Source: Phoronis australis
Lineage: Eukaryota > Animalia > Phoronida
Direction: 5' to 3'
Assembly (NCBI GenBank): GCA_002633005.1
Contig: NMRA01000143.1
Location: forward strand, 253,402 to 317,401
Length of the DNA stretch: 64,000 nucleotides
Shown here: positions 25,942 to 55,590 of the stretch, in pieces
How positions within the stretch are numbered: the stretch's first letter is position 1
How the letters are laid out: each line of letters starts with the position of its first letter
Notes under the pieces: model-generated
Database searches by the model: none
Told to the model about the DNA's origin: nothing
What the model saw: the letters and a program-made list of their open reading frames with translations, nothing else
Program-made: the position numbers and the translations under genes

Positions 25942-28900
25942 TCAGCTGTCAGAAAGTTCGATGAATGACTCCATCTGTTGGAGAGTCTTTGCATCACAAA
26001 CTTTAGTGCACTGAAAGAAAAGAAAAACAATGAGACCTTAATGTGGTTTCAGAAATAAACAAACAACCTTGCAAGTCACATTACCATTAAAACGAGGTCA
26101 TCATCTTGTTGAAGGAGAAAATAGTAGCTCTTAATGTTTTCTGAAATATCCACTAGAAAGTCACAAATCTAAGTGGTGTTCCCTGTATAAACTCTGTTCC
26201 ACAATGACTTGTAAATTCAGTCAAAATTGAGATGATCAACAAAGAACCGAATTAATTACACGCCATTTGTCAAAACATTTTTCAAAAAACACTAGCTTTT
26301 GATTCAGACTACTTGCCAACATGAAAGTGGTCTCAATTTCTTCTCTAACAGTGATGGAACCGAATAAGTTAAGAACTGACAGAATTTCCATTTTATGTGT
26401 CAACAGTCAAGCTCATGGAAATGAGTTGATTCCGAAAACAAACATCAGATGTTTAATAAATAGCCAAATAGTACGCAACTTCACATTCCTGACATGTTTC
26501 GAGGTACCCTCCTCATTCTCAAAGGTACAAGAACCAGCATGATGTAAAGGTCAACAAGTAAAAGGTCATGCAGGTGTGAGACGTGATCCGTCAATAACAC
26601 AAATGTAAACAAGCCTCTGCTCTAGACAACACTAGATGGGGTTATGAGTAGGCACCATTTTCCACAGCTCTCACCTCGTTTAGTCGGTTGGTCTTCTCCT
26701 TGACAGCTGTCTGTGTGTCCGACAACTTCCTCTTGGCCTTAACCAACCTCTCCTGAAGCCGTGCGCTCTCTCGCTCCAGCTCTGCTAGATACGTCCCCAG
26801 CCTCTCTCTGTGAGTCACCTTCAGAGGCACCACATGGTCACGGACATCTTCTGCCACTTCACCTGACGGTCTCCTGTTGGTAAGAAGGTAGGCAATGCTG
26901 TTATTCTTGGGGTCTACTACATGAAAAATGGCTTTAAAACCTAGCTTCAATGGAATTTTGTTATTCTAGATGTATTGGGTTAACCAGGTACTCCTAGCAA
27001 AGCCTTATCAAAATAAGAAAACGTGAGTTTAATCACGCAAATGTAGGTCCGTCAAGTGATAGTTGAAGCTGCCTTTTCGCGCCATATTGCGTCACTGCAA
27101 TATCCCTGCACAAACAACAAAAGGTCGATAACAGTTGTGTTGAATAGAGGTCTGAATAGAACACCATTGTGTGCGAGTGTTATGGATTAAAAGGTGATTC
27201 TCGCGGTGACGTAGACAAAAGTAAATCAATACGCCTAACAGTATGTTACAGTTGACAATTTATAGATCTAGTGGGCTTAGATTGATGCTCTTAATATACA
27301 GTATGATTCAAATTTGCAAGTATTACCGTTCAAGAAAGGCTTGAAACTTAGACAGAAATTTGGTGTTATGCTCCACACAACTTTCTAAAAATAACTGAAT
27401 CTCACTTGAGCAAAAGTGCAAAATTTCTAAGAATGTATACAGAACTGCTAGTTGCTGACGTAATTTCTACAAACTATTTATGGACTGCATTGCACTCACA
27501 GTTCGTTGGCAAAACCTTTATTTAGCAGTTGTGAAGTGGAAGCGCAAGACCAAATTTCTGTCTTAAGTCTTTAAAGTCAATTTCGTGCAACAGGCCCCTG
27601 GACTCATTCTTTGTAAATTAAGAACAAGCCCCATAGTTCATAACACATTCTTATCTGATATTTTTCAGAATTGTAACGTTGTTCTCCACAGTTATGTCGA
27701 AAAATGACTAATAAAGTTACTGTTGTGAATATTATGTAGCTTAAAAGCAGTCTCGCAGAAAATTGACCTATCACAAGCTCCGTCCCTTTGCAAAATGTCA
27801 ACAAACAAACAATAAGTTTTACCCGGAAATGTGTTGTTTGTTGGGTAAAATGGCGGCTTGGAAACGAAAGTGTTTCAAGAATGCTGCATTCTCATTGGTC
27901 CCTCAAAAGTCCTGGTAATAGGTCAATTGCCAGAAGATATAATTAAGATGCAATTGGCTTTGTTTTGCCTTGATGATCAACACCCTTTGATGATCTACAC
28001 CATTTGACGATCTACACCATTTGACGATCTACACCATTTGACGATTTACACCATTTGACCATCTACACCATTTGACGATCTACACCACTTGACGATCTAC
28101 ACCATTGTGACCTCATTTTAAAACCATTGACCTTGTTCTATTTCTTATGGATTACAAGACACGTCCACATCTCAAAAGACATAAGCTGTTTTATGTATCA
28201 TCTTTGTTATATCCAGACACACAGTAGATATCCACTGTGTCTATGGACTATGCCTACTGGCGATCTATGACTCAACTGCATAATAACTTACCACATGGGT
28301 TCTGAGATATCTTTTGGAGCCTCATCAATCAGTGTGTCGAGCTTGTTGCACAAAGATATGATATTTTCTTCCTCATACATTGTAGCCAATTCATCCTGCA
28401 ATGAATACAAAGACTTGTTTTAACAGCAACAATATGCTGTGTGGTCACAGAATGTTTTAAACTCTGAACTTCATCATGGTAACTGTGTTACTAAACCTTA
28501 AGAGAATAAATTACTTAAAAAATTGTTGAATGTACATAATATTTGCCTCCAAATTTCAGTCTTAGCCAGCCCATGCCTTCATTAGTTATTACTAGATTAC
28601 GCTAAAAACAACGCCTCCCGTATTTCCTGAAGATGATGGAGTGTTAAGTCCATCAAAAAACTTAAGGTTGCACGGTATACATATTTTAATATATATAATA
28701 TTGAATGTATTGGATTATAACACTGTAATCATTAACTTTCAAATTAAACATTCTGGCTTGCACTGCATTACTCAACAAAGCTCTGGTGATTTGTGCAATA
28801 AATGAAATGACTGCATTAAAAACACGAGGTACATCCTGTGGCATACATCAATATTTTCCTGCAGTTGCTTCACAAACTGAGCATGTATAGCCTTGACAGC

Positions 28901-29391
28901 CCTAGGGTTGGCCTCAAATATGGGCTGATAACTCTTGGCAAACACAGACAATCTGAAAAGACAATTATCATGCATATAGTCAGGAACATTTGAGAGGCAA
29001 CAAACGCATGTTTGCACACAAGAGCTTATGAACATCAGTTAATATGGACTTGAACTCAATTTATCAGCAGTCGGGACATGGTCAAACGTAGCCAGCCAGC
29101 TAGCTGTATGAAGACTATCGCATACAGCTTTGCGCCAGGAAAAAATATGTCAAAGTCTTTAGAGTTCGTTCCTTTCGGACATTGTAGGCCTACATTCTAC
29201 ATGTCCGACAGGAACGAACTCTACCTTCCAGCCGATAATCCCTTGGATAGGGTTTTCTCTAAAGCTTTTCTTAACAACTTCATGTGACGGCCTTCATTTT
29301 CACTGAGGTCAACGTCACTTTTCCCCTCATCCTCAGGTAAATCTACGTCTTTAACGTCACTGGTTGACGTGTTTTCATTCTCGTCGGACAT
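25942..29391 (-). CDS. PMF1: Polyamine-modulated factor 1 / Nnf1 (MIS12 kinetochore complex subunit)
   Basis: GT-AG exons 29391-29225, 28952-28847, 28395-28292, 26873-26675 and 26010-25942 splice in frame. Product: MSDENE...KLLRKALEKTL...QFVKQLQENIDDELATMYEEENI...NKLDTLIDEA...W|RPSGEVAEDVRDH...coiled coil...LSDS*. The WRPSG motif and architecture match PMF1/Nnf1. Confidence 0.85.
27971..28106. repeat. Minisatellite, 17-bp unit TGACGATCTACACCATT x8, in a PMF1 intron
   Basis: Tandem array directly visible. Confidence 0.95.
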
Positions 29392-29711
29392 TTTGGACTT
29401 GCGCGCCAGTAAGCGACACTCTTGGCGACACTTGACATTCAATGTTTATGGGTGAATTTCATGACATAGACGACTAATATTATAGATCATAAAATTTAAA
29501 AATGTAAGAATCTTTCAATTTTATTCCATTTTTAATTCATGTCTCCCTAAAATAATAATGTCTACTTAACATCGGTGGCTACAGATCATGTTTTCCAACA
29601 TGGCGCCGCCCATGCATTGGAACTGTGTCGAAGGGAATGTATGTGACACACACGTTTTCTGCTCCGTCTTCTTCTTCTGCTTTGATTGTGAAACATGCAT
29701 CATGAATTTTG
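29392..29711. promoter_or_regulatory. Putative PMF1/FKRP bidirectional promoter and non-coding first exon of FKRP
   Basis: YY1-like AACATGGCGCC at 29597. A + strand donor G|GTGAGT at 29711/29712 could join the acceptor CATTACAG| ending at 32432, just upstream of the FKRP ATG. Confidence 0.5.
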
Positions 29712-29821
29712 GTGAGTGTTACTAGTGGTACAGCGACTATAATTTGTCAAACTTTGCACAAGGCCCTGTCTTTCTGTTCTTGACCTGGTTTGTGTCTTCT
29801 TGATAATCGCAAATGTACTAG

Positions 29822-31070
29822 TAGGCAATTTCATCGCCCTGGATGCCGCAGGCATACAAATTACAGGGGCAATAGTACATCCCCATAAAAAGTTACGCGT
29901 TTCAAAATACAGCAAATAATCGAATGAAACATGCATAAATGCACATGGAGTTATCAGGGCTTGGAATTTTCCGCGGAAACGCGGATTTCCGCTTTTTTCA
30001 AATGTGCTGTCTGCTTTTTTTATAATATTTCCGTGTAAAAAAAATTGGATTTGATATAAAATTTCCGCGGCAAATTCCTTTCTTACCGCGGCGTTGCAGA
30101 CGACGTTCACCTCGAAAAGCGGAAGTTGCTCTTTATGTTTCGGAGGAACGTAAATTGTCAACATTGCCGGGGCACCTGGGACAGCGTGGTGGGATTTTCA
30201 ATGGCATCTCGTGTTATTGTTAAGCGTGGCGACATATACTACCGTCCTGCAGCCAAAAATGTGTGGGGTTGGGAGTGGACGAGCGAGGTAAAAGGACGCA
30301 GACGCATGCTACTGATGGTGGATGGTGGCCACGTTTTTTTTTTTAGTCCTCCCGATTTTTGTCGAGGAAAGGTTCACATTGACCATTTCAAGGCTGGTTA
30401 GCGGGCATGATTTGGGCCGTAAAAGTTTCCGCGTTTTTTGTCATTGGTCATTCCAAGCCCTGAGTTATAATTAACACATACCATGACTCTGAATCACATA
30501 CAATTTAGCCAATGCACATAACTTGAACATATCCATGAAAATCTGTCGCAGTTCGCTTGAGTTTCTCTCACCGGGTGCCATTTTGAGGAAATAACTTGAA
30601 CAAAAGGTCTAAGGGACACAAAACTCATAAATTCCACCCGATATCTTCTCATGCTATTTTGCAAGTGTCACCCGACAAGTCATGTGCTTTGCTCAGTCTC
30701 GCGCTAGCCTCTGTCTAACTCACGTGACTCAGTTGAAATATTTTGTGGTTTTCGCGCGTGTGGTGAAAAAGTTAACAGTGTCCAAAAAGTAGAGTTGGAA
30801 TTCTTCTAGAAATTAGTCACCTTAATTCTAGTAGACTTTGTTTCATCGAAGAATCAAGCAGAAAGGATCACTAAAGAAATTAAGTAAGCTCATTTTTAAG
30901 TGATAGTTTTGAGTGTAGAATGTATTTTTGACGTTGTGAAAACTCACAGACGGTGGCCGGATTTGGCCTACCGCTCGTTTAAAATATATGGAACGAAATG
31001 CGTATAGATGGGAAGCGATGGGAAGTATTGTAGCCCCTAACCGGCCAACCGAGGGGCTACGTGTTGCCTA
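29822..31070. mobile_element. Older TIR-type repeat (TAGGCAA...TTGCCTA) interrupted by a younger MITE
   Basis: 30470-31070 is collinear with about 54590-55194. Ends are TAGGCAA / TTGCCTA, with subterminal inverted GGGGCAATAGTACATCCCC versus GGGAAGTATTGTAGCCCC. Confidence 0.55.
29955..30462. mobile_element. Non-autonomous DNA transposon (hAT-like CAGGG ends), 6-bp TSD AGTTAT
   Basis: Perfect TIR CAGGGCTTGGAAT / ATTCCAAGCCCTG, with AGTTAT on both sides. Inverted near-identical copy at 50461-50979. Confidence 0.9.
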
Positions 31071-31494
31071 AATAGCAAGTTGGTCTGACATCGTCTCAAC
31101 TGACTCAATTGACAACTGGCAGTAGAGGCGTTGGCCATCCCATTGGCCCTTCATACACCGGAAGCTTTTCTACCTTAGGTCAGGAGGCCATCGATATATT
31201 TAATTCCTTCCAGTTCGAACAAATACTCCCATAATCAAATTTTATTTTTGAACAGTCCTTCATTCAGTTGCCCAAATCGAAAACTGGCCATTTTTACAGC
31301 TTTCGCCAGGGGATATGACGACATGACGCGGCACGATCTGCCAATCTGTACAAGAATCATTGTAAAAATTAGCAGATGGGTTTCTGATGAGAAGATAGTG
31401 GCACAGATGTCTATAGTTGTATCTCGCCACCGCTTAACCTTTGTAGGATCTGTGTAAAATTTGGTGGATGTGTTCTTATGGACCTCTCAGCCTC

Positions 31495-32200
31495 TAGGAA
31501 AAATCCTGGAAAATGGACTTCAGCATCTCCAAATTCAATGTTCTACGTGTCCGCAGAAAATGTTCTCCCATGATATACAATTACAGTCTTCACAACGCTT
31601 CGCTCAAATGCATTAATCAAGCCTCATACCTTGGGGTCACTCTCATCGATAATTTATCATGGAACACTCATATAGATACAATCACCTCTGAGGCAAACAG
31701 AACTCTTGGCTTCATTAAACGCAATGTCAAAGATGCTCCCCGAGAAACAAAAGCCCTTGCCTACATTTCACTTGTTTGACCAAAACTCGAGTACTCCTTA
31801 CTCTTCCTCCGTCTGGGATCCCCCCACTTGCTCCAACATTGAAAAGGTAGAAAAAATACAGCGTAGAGCAGCCAGGTTTGTCCTAAATGACCACTCAAGA
31901 TAATCATCTGCCCTCCNNNNNNNNNNNNNNNNNNNNNNNNNNNNNNNNNNNNNNNNNNNNNNNNNNNNNNNNNNNNNNNNNNNNNNNNNNNNNNNNNNNN
32001 NNNNNNNNNNNNNNNNNNNNNNNNNNNNNNNNNNNNNNNNNNNNNNNNNNNTGCCCCCCCCCCCCCCCCCCCGTACATATTTCTAAATAACGTAACTCCT
32101 ACTCTCAAACCGCGACAGATCATACATCCGCACTGCCTACTACGCACAAATTCTTTCTTCCCATCTACCATTTTACTCTGAAACAGACTCCCACAATTCA
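31495..32200 (+). mobile_element. Degenerate LINE (CR1/L2-group) ORF2 3' fragment spanning an assembly gap
   Basis: Frameshifted translation WKMDFSISKFNVL...YLGVTL..NLSWNTHI..I..EANRTLGFIKRN...K..AY..LV / KLEYS..VWDP...IEKVEKIQRRAARF, typical of the post-RT region of these LINEs. Confidence 0.85.
31917..32051. other. Assembly gap (135 N) next to a poly-C run
   Basis: Run of N in the sequence. Confidence 1.
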
Positions 32201-32449
32201 TCATCTGGAAGTTCTTTGTAAGCTCTGAAACCATCAAACAAGTTAAAACCATTCTCATTACCACTAATTGCTGGGTTTACAATGGTCTTAATAAACTGAT
32301 TTTCAAAATAGAAGGACATTTATTATTTGTCTTTATGAGATTATTATTTAGTCTAAATCTGTTTGCCGACTGTAAAATGCTATTGTTTACATTGACATAA
32401 CTAATTGTTTGCTGTCGTTTGTGTCATTACAGATTCTGGTTAAAAAGAC

Positions 32450-34072
32450 ATGACAATGCGAGTGAGGAAGTTTCACATCCTGCTGTGCTTGGCTCTGTGT
32501 GGAAATTTTGTGCTTATCGTTTACATAGCAAACTTGCCTGCCGACATCTGTGGAAATGACTCACTGCCTAAACTCATTCACGATGACATTGAAAGAGAAG
32601 TAAACAGGAGAGCAGACGATTCTCGAAAATTTGTGGGGCTGGATGAGTCATCAGTGACAAGTTTACAAAAACTTAGCACAAGTATCTCTCCTGCTTCTAT
32701 TGTTACTACTGGTGCTGATGGCAATATAGAGAACTTAGTGACTATTATAATTAGAGAATTTGAAGATTTTGACAATGATGTCTCCAACATGATCTCGTTA
32801 ATTCGCAGTGTTCATCCAAATATTAGCATCGTTGTCGTCTGCGACACGTATCCGTATCCAGCTTTAGATATTAAACACAAAAATGTCCGCTTCTATCGAC
32901 TGAGGTTCTCCCCTACTGACGATATCAGTCGGACAAATGCAGCACGTTATATTCAAACTGAGTATAGCCTCTTGCTGGCGGATACATCTGTGATGTTGTC
33001 CAATTTATTCCTGAAGGAATTGGTTTCTGAACATCGAATCTCAGGAAACACGTCTAACTTAATAGCGGTGAAAGTTGGAATAAACCCATGGAACTGCCAA
33101 CATGTAAAATTTGATGTGAAAAGATGGACGCTGGAATTCAGCAATGTCGAGCAAAAGAATTGGTGCAGCAGTGTTGCCAAGCAACACACGATTTTAATTA
33201 GGACAGATCAGTTACTGGACTTGCCATATCCATTTCTGAGGCCTTTTCCTGATGCGATGTTCGTGCAAACATCATTGCGAGGGTGGAAGATTGTATTTAG
33301 TGAACGAAAACTGACCCAGTCTCGTTTGCTCTTCACAAATCCCCAACATCAATGGAAGCACAAAACTTTGAACAGACAGCGTTGGGAATCTGTTTACAGG
33401 ACTTTGGGTATTAAGAAAGTTGTTAAATCAGACGGCGCCGTTGAATGGTATGGCTGCAGTAAATCCTCGTCCAGGTGCTTTGGGTCGGTAATAAGAGATG
33501 TACCTGAGTACTTGTACCAAAATCGATGGACGCCACCATGTTGCCTCAAGCATCTGCGTGAGCTTGCCAAGCACGTGTTCTCGAATCTCGAGAAAGATGA
33601 CGTGCGGTACTGGCTGGAGGGGGGTAGTTTGCTGGGAGCGGTGCGCAACAATGATATCATACCATGGGATTACGATATTGATATAGGCATTTATAAAGAA
33701 GATGTGAACAAGAGTGACATGCTTTTTGCCGCCATGTCTAGTCCCACAGATGATAGCCGAGGTTGTATTTGGGAAAAGGCTCACAAAGGTGAAGGAGATT
33801 TCTTCCGGATACAATACAGTGATACAAATCATTTGCATGTGGACGTGTTTCCATTTTATTCTAGGAATGGCACCATGACCAAAGACACTTGGTTTAAAAC
33901 TCACAGACAGGATACAGAATTTCCTGAAAAATACTTAAAGCCATTGGAAAAAATGAAATTTGCTGGCATTATGGTGTCAGTGCCAAACAATGCTGTTGAG
34001 TTCCTCGAGTTCAAATTTGGTAAAGGTGTCGTGGAAAATCCTCAGTACCCAAAGCCAGTAATAATACCATGA
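32450..34072 (+). CDS. FKRP: Fukutin-related protein (ribitol-5-phosphate transferase), 540 aa, single coding exon
   Basis: Type II N-terminal TM, REFEDFDN, EWYGCSK...RCFG...PEYLY..RWTPPCCL (Zn-finger loop), YWLEGGSLLGAVR..DIIPWDYDIDIGIY (LicD/DxD), GDFFRIQYS..NHLHVDVFPFY and FLEFKFG.GVVENPQYP. Confidence 0.96.
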   Translation: MTMRVRKFHILLCLALCGNFVLIVYIANLPADICGNDSLPKLIHDDIEREVNRRADDSRKFVGLDESSVTSLQKLSTSISPASIVTTGADGNIENLVTIIIREFEDFDNDVSNMISLIRSVHPNISIVVVCDTYPYPALDIKHKNVRFYRLRFSPTDDISRTNAARYIQTEYSLLLADTSVMLSNLFLKELVSEHRISGNTSNLIAVKVGINPWNCQHVKFDVKRWTLEFSNVEQKNWCSSVAKQHTILIRTDQLLDLPYPFLRPFPDAMFVQTSLRGWKIVFSERKLTQSRLLFTNPQHQWKHKTLNRQRWESVYRTLGIKKVVKSDGAVEWYGCSKSSSRCFGSVIRDVPEYLYQNRWTPPCCLKHLRELAKHVFSNLEKDDVRYWLEGGSLLGAVRNNDIIPWDYDIDIGIYKEDVNKSDMLFAAMSSPTDDSRGCIWEKAHKGEGDFFRIQYSDTNHLHVDVFPFYSRNGTMTKDTWFKTHRQDTEFPEKYLKPLEKMKFAGIMVSVPNNAVEFLEFKFGKGVVENPQYPKPVIIP

Positions 34073-36124
34073 ACATGATCAAGTATAATTCTTACGTAAT
34101 AGCAGAATTCTCACCAGAACTATTGTTGAGCATAGTTTTTGGTTGAAATCCAAGGGTTTTAAGGGCTTAGACTTTCTACCGGTTTCGAGTTCGTAGATCT
34201 TCGATTTTGAATCGAAATTATTCCAAACATTTTTCTCAGTAATAAACATGGGCATGAAAGCTTGTCATGGAGCGCTTCGTGATGATGAAACTGAACACTC
34301 AATTTCAAATGTCAGTAGGAGGGCTCACCTCTGGGTGAGAATTCCAAATTTAGAAATGTAATAGCGGTGTTTTGATGATATGTTATCTGTGTTAAGAGAT
34401 TTGCGAAAAGTATGGCATAAGTGTTTTATTTCAGTTGTTAAAGTTTGTGTGCCATAGAGCTGAGTATGGTGTTTTTTAAAGATATTCTTTGGGTAAGCCC
34501 TGGCTTCATGATATTTTTACCGTATTGCCACGCCATTTGTTGTCTGTGGAACTGCGTTTATATGCGAAACTTAAGATCATGGTCCAATATGCGAACCATT
34601 GGGTGGAAAAGGCCACAAAAAGGCATTGTTTGGACACAGTTACCTTTGACGCAAAGGTGCGGCAATACAGATATAACTATTTTTCAATTTTTTTGAACAG
34701 CGTTAGTCAAACGGATGCACCTATGCGAATTAATGTATGATGGGCCTTTGCAGAGGACATTACCTGGGCTTATATGCAAAACTTAGGCACATGCACCAAT
34801 ATGTGAATCATTTGGGTAAAAAAGAACGCTAAAAAGGCATTATTTTGGATACAGGCCTTAAGGCGCAGCAATACGGTACTATGACATGACCTTTTGTTCT
34901 GTCTTTTGTTCTGTCTGCCCCCGAGTCATTTTCGAGTTTGAGGGTTGGCCAACCTCATAAAATCGACAATTTTCTTTTGTACCTGCCTGTACGTTTCTCA
35001 CGTAACAGAAAACAAGATTAGTACTATTGCAGTAAAGAAAGCCCATTTTATAAGAAAAAATGCCTGTTGTTTTTTAGCCAGCTAAACAGGTCAAAATGTA
35101 GGTTTATGTGTGGAAATGGCATCTTTTAATACTAGACAATAACCACAATTTTGAGTTAAATGAGAACAACTTAATAGTACGTTGTTTTATCAACAAATTT
35201 ATTGTTGTTACTAAAATATAAATATTAAATGAGTATCTTGACATAATCAAGACATTGTTACGATGCAAACAGTGTTTTTCCTTTATGTTTAATAACACAC
35301 CAATCTGTCTCTGCTCTGTATGTCCATAAACAGTATTTCGAAGTCTCGCCCTAGCAGTCAATATGCTTTGGTTTCTTCATTGGAATGTAATGCTTTCAGC
35401 TGTCGACAACAAGTCACTTGATGGCTTGAAATTTCCCTATTCAGACCTCAGTATCTCGTGTTCTCTATTAGCTGTCCACAGAGAGTATCCTGGAAGAGCA
35501 ACGTAAAATTTTTGTAATCTTGTTGTAGACATAGTGTGCTCTACAAAGCGTTGTCCTATGTTAGATCTCTGTAGCAGATTTTTAATTGTGAATGCGTAAA
35601 GGCTTTGAACAGTCCTATGAAAATAAATGCATAAACGGTTATTCAATCAGCAGCAAGTATCACTTCAGTACTCCTTACTTTCATTTTGGCAAGACTTAAA
35701 TATGCAGTAAACTTGGTCAAGTCAGACGCACAAGTCAGACGCACAAGTCAGGTCTTCAAAACCTAAGCACGGTCAACAGGCAGGTGCATCAGGCAAGGTT
35801 CTGTGGTCCACCTGTTCTTGTTGGTGCATTATGGCTTTCCTTGCACCTCGCGTTTATTCTGGTAAGATATCTCCTCACTTACAGTTTAATCCGACTTGTG
35901 CTGATCTTCCTGCCAGTTTATAAACTACAGACTTATTTGGGTTTAACTGTTATTCTTAAGAGTCCTGGGTTTATGGCTCATTCCATAAAAGAATAACAGT
36001 TTCCATAAATATGCATACTTAGGCCCCTGCACATGTATACCAAGCTAGGCCCTGGCACATGCATATCAAGCTATGCTCATTGCACTTTCATTTACCCTTT
36101 TCTTTTACGAAGTTTGGAGTAGTT

Positions 36125-55379
<19,255 letters not shown>

Positions 55380-55590
55380 TGTAGCTTTGTAATTAAACCT
55401 GATATTGTATTTTCTTGTACTCTTTCTAGCGTTTTAGCATCTAGAAACAAATATGGCGGCTGATGTTGTCAAGGACACGCGCATGCGTCAAATGCCTCCC
55501 GACCCACAATGCAATATTATTCAAGATGGAGATGAGGAGCAGCTGAAATACCCGCATTAAGCAATATTTTTGTGATTACTATCTGTGCAA
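55380..55590. promoter_or_regulatory. DNAI1/FAM219 bidirectional promoter
   Basis: 211 bp between divergent ATGs. YY1-type AAATATGGCGGC (55449-55460), X-box-like GTTGTCAAGGACAC (55465-55478) and NRF1-type CGCGCATGCG (55478-55487). Confidence 0.7.

Noticed and set aside
27971-28106. Regular short repeats resembling a CRISPR array (also 41867-42048)
   Set aside because: Head-to-tail units with no unique spacers, in eukaryotic introns with no cas genes; these are minisatellites.
29700-30164. 154-aa ORF and its twin at 50770..50991 (MLTI.PPKHKEQLPLFEV...)
   Set aside because: Both lie within copies of the same non-coding MITE. The similarity reflects the DNA repeat, and there are no transposase motifs.
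32578-33904. Several antisense ORFs over FKRP (similarly over the Mab-21 gene and the orphan ORF)
   Set aside because: Shadow ORFs of real coding exons, with no independent motifs.
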